Origin: Capsulimonadaceae bacterium
Lineage (GTDB): Bacteria; Armatimonadota; Armatimonadia; Armatimonadales; Capsulimonadaceae
NCBI GenBank assembly: GCA_965215505.1
Contig: OZ244065.1
Span: forward strand, 1,888,001-1,952,000
Direction: 5' to 3'
DNA: 64,000 nucleotides
Made by a program: the position numbers and the translations under genes. The notes under the pieces were generated by a model that saw only the letters and a program-made list of their open reading frames with translations, was not told the DNA's origin and ran no database searches. Positions 61,372 to 64,000 of the stretch are shown in pieces (position 1 is the stretch's first letter; each line of letters opens with the position of its first letter).

Positions 61372-61929
61372 CTATTTGACGCGCTCCAGGTATTGGTCGC
61401 TGCGGGTGTCTATCTTGATCTTGTCGCCGAGCTTGACGAAGAACGGGACGGTGACGACCGCGCCGGTCTCGACGGTGGCAGGCTTGCCACCGCCGGAGGC
61501 GGTGTCGCCCTTCTCGCTGCCGGCGGTCTCGGTGACTTCCAGCTCGACAAAGGGGGGGACCTCGATGCCGATGATGGCGTCCTTGTGGGTCATGACGCTC
61601 AGGTCCATGTTCTCCTTAAGGTACTTGACTCCGCTGCCGATCTGTTCCTTGCTGACGCTCGACTGCTCGAAGGTCTGTGGGTCCATCAGGAAGTACTCGG
61701 TGCCGTCGTTGTAGAGGTACTGCATGGGGCGTCGCTCCAGGAAGGCCTGTTCCATGCGCTCGCCTGCGCGCCACGTCTTATCAATGGAGCGGCCGTTCTT
61801 GATGTTTTTCAGCGTCGAGCGCACGAACGCCCCGCCCTTGCCGGGCTTGACGTGCTGGAACTCGGTGATGGTATAGATGTCCCCATCCATGACGATGGAG
61901 ATGCCGTTTCTAAATTCGCTGGTGTCCAT
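61372..61929 (-). CDS. efp: elongation factor P
   Basis: QHVKPGKGGAFVR, KGDTASGGGKPATVETG...VPFFV. Confidence 0.98.
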   Translation of the reverse strand: MDTSEFRNGISIVMDGDIYTITEFQHVKPGKGGAFVRSTLKNIKNGRSIDKTWRAGERMEQAFLERRPMQYLYNDGTEYFLMDPQTFEQSSVSKEQIGSGVKYLKENMDLSVMTHKDAIIGIEVPPFVELEVTETAGSEKGDTASGGGKPATVETGAVVTVPFFVKLGDKIKIDTRSDQYLERVK

Positions 61930-62131
61930 GGCGGAAACAAAAACTCCTGCACTGATTATTTTTTACACTAAAAGCCCATAACTCGCGGTACAATGTGGAA
62001 CGATACTGCGGAAGCAGAAGTGACCGCCCAATTGCAGACATGGGATTGATACGAGATTATAGCATATCGGCGACGCTTTGACAACCAACGTCGTGCCCGG
62101 CAGTTCACGCCCACAGCTTGAAGGAAACACG

Positions 62132-63979
62132 ATGCAGACAACCCGACGGACCGCATGGCCGACATCATTCTCGCTGACGCTCGGCTTCGCGCTGACGTTC
62201 AGCCTGTTGTCGTGGCCCGGCCCGGCCGGCGCGGCCCCATCGCCGAAGCGCACACACACCCACACACGCCCTTCCCGTTCCCATCCCGCGCGCGTGCCCC
62301 TCGCGCGGCCTTCCCGCGCCTGGTCCTCCGTCATCGTCGAGTGGCGCGGGGCGCGGACGGCGTCCGGCCTGCGCCGGATGCGGGCGCTGGGCATGCGCGC
62401 GGACCGGCCGCTGCCGCTGATCGGCGCGGACGCGCTGCGCCTGCCCTCGCCGAACCTCGCGCGGCTGGCCGTGCTGCCGTTCGTCCGGCACGTCTCCCCA
62501 GACCTCACCTGCCGGAAAAGTGACGAGTACACGGTCGGCGCGACGGGCGCGGACGTGGCGCTCGCACAGAGCGGGCTGACGGGCGCGGGCGTCACCGTCG
62601 CCGTCCTGGACAGCGGCATCCAGTCGGAGCGGGCGGACATCCAAGGGCGCACGGCGGCAGCCGTAGATTTCACGGATGACGCGCCCACGCCGGAAGACAC
62701 GCCGGGCGACGCCTGCGGGCACGGGACGCACATCGCCGGCATCATCGCGGGCGACGGGACCGCGTCCACCGGCCCGGCCTTTTTCCGCACCTTCTACGGA
62801 ATCGCGCGTCAGGCCGGCCTGGTTGACGTCCGCGTCCTCGACGGGAACGGGCAGGGGACGGTCAGCGGCGTCATCCGGGGCATCGAGTGGACGGTCGCGC
62901 ACAAATCCGACTACGGCATCGGGGTCCTCAACCTCTCGCTCGGACACAGTGTAGGGGAGAGCTACACGACGGACCCGCTCTGCCAGGCCGTCGAGGCGGC
63001 CTGGAAGTCAGGCATCGTGGTGGTCTGCGCGGCGGGCAACGAGGGCCGACTGTGCCAGCGGTCCGGTCGGCGGGGCAGTTTCCAGGGCCGGCTGGCCGGT
63101 AATGAGGGTTGGGGGACCGCTTACGGCTCGATCCAGTCGCCCGCCAATGATCCGTATGTGATCACGGTCGGCGCGACGAAGTCGGTGGACGGCAACCGCG
63201 CCGACGACTCGATCGCGACCTATTCAAGCCGCGGCCCGTCGCGCCTGGACTTCGTCCTGAAGCCGGACCTGGTCGCGCCGGGTAACCGGATCGTCTCGGT
63301 CAACGCGAACGGCAGCTATCTGGATGCGAACTTCGGCCCGATCAGCGGCGTCGGCCTGTCCGAGTACAGCACACTGACGGACGCACCCGCCGACACCTAC
63401 CTGCGCCTGTCGGGGACCTCCATGGCCGCGCCGGTGGTGGCGGGGGCGGCGGCCCTGCTGCTCCAGTCCGACCCGACGCTCACGCCGGACACCGTCAAGG
63501 CGCGTCTGATGGCGAGCGCGGACAAAGCCGGCTATGGCCTTTCGGGGGCGGGCGACGACGACCCTTGTACCTACGGCGCGGGGTATCTGGACATCCCCGC
63601 CGCCCTGCAAAGCACCTTGATCGCGACCCAGCCCGCCCTCAGTCCATTGCTCGTGTGCGACGCTTCCGGGCTGGTTTCGATGGATGCGGCACCGCTGCTG
63701 TCCGACTCGGGCGGTTTCTGGGGGACAGGTCTGCTGGACCCGGCCATCATCTGGGGACAATCAGCACCTCTCTATGTGGAGTCAAAGTCAGACAGGGCCA
63801 TCATCTGGGGGGAGTCAAGCAGGGCCATCATCTGGGGGGAGTCAATCGGCGCACAAAGCGTCTGGGGCGACGCAATCATCTGGGGCGAACACTCCAACAG
63901 TGTGGATTTATCTTCCACGGCCCTGATCGGTGACCCTGATGCCTTGGCTTATGGGCCGTTGAGTTTCCTGCGCCCGTAA
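62132..63979 (+). CDS. secreted S8 subtilase with C-terminal (I/V)WG repeats
   Basis: VLDSG, HGTHIAG, AAGNEG, SGTSMAAP catalytic motifs; AIIWG repeats. Confidence 0.92.
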   Translation: MQTTRRTAWPTSFSLTLGFALTFSLLSWPGPAGAAPSPKRTHTHTRPSRSHPARVPLARPSRAWSSVIVEWRGARTASGLRRMRALGMRADRPLPLIGADALRLPSPNLARLAVLPFVRHVSPDLTCRKSDEYTVGATGADVALAQSGLTGAGVTVAVLDSGIQSERADIQGRTAAAVDFTDDAPTPEDTPGDACGHGTHIAGIIAGDGTASTGPAFFRTFYGIARQAGLVDVRVLDGNGQGTVSGVIRGIEWTVAHKSDYGIGVLNLSLGHSVGESYTTDPLCQAVEAAWKSGIVVVCAAGNEGRLCQRSGRRGSFQGRLAGNEGWGTAYGSIQSPANDPYVITVGATKSVDGNRADDSIATYSSRGPSRLDFVLKPDLVAPGNRIVSVNANGSYLDANFGPISGVGLSEYSTLTDAPADTYLRLSGTSMAAPVVAGAAALLLQSDPTLTPDTVKARLMASADKAGYGLSGAGDDDPCTYGAGYLDIPAALQSTLIATQPALSPLLVCDASGLVSMDAAPLLSDSGGFWGTGLLDPAIIWGQSAPLYVESKSDRAIIWGESSRAIIWGESIGAQSVWGDAIIWGEHSNSVDLSSTALIGDPDALAYGPLSFLRP

Positions 63980-64000
63980 GGAGAATCTCATGCAGGCTCT

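Overview
GC-rich bacterial chromosome window, almost entirely coded on the minus strand. The lineage is probably Armatimonadota/Capsulimonas-like, inferred from the VPEAST-type PEP-CTERM tails and gene content, not proven. Left part: a T-box-controlled ilvB-ilvN-ilvC-leuA-leuB-cimA operon into which toxin-antitoxin (TA) genes (VapBC-type, HEPN) and small hypothetical genes are inserted. Middle part: a defence-island-like zone with YefM/YoeB, a DUF1016 nuclease, a decayed DNA methyltransferase, a Septu-like ATPase+HNH pair and a type ISP/IIG-like restriction-modification (RM) protein. It also holds an unusual operon: decayed RHH regulator + degenerate, N-terminally truncated DnaB-like protein + coiled-coil protein + HNH nuclease + structured inverted-repeat element. 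This operon is the best candidate for an undescribed system. Right part: an efp-accB-accC...nusB...folD-ispA core cluster, also broken up by cassettes (PEP-CTERM, VapBC, orphan toxin-immunity pair, esterases). At least four families of REP-like palindromes are scattered through the window, often at cassette borders, along with many short tandem duplications at gene ends. No rRNA, tRNA, CRISPR array, integrase or transposase was recognised. All product calls come from motif recognition by eye; no searches were run.
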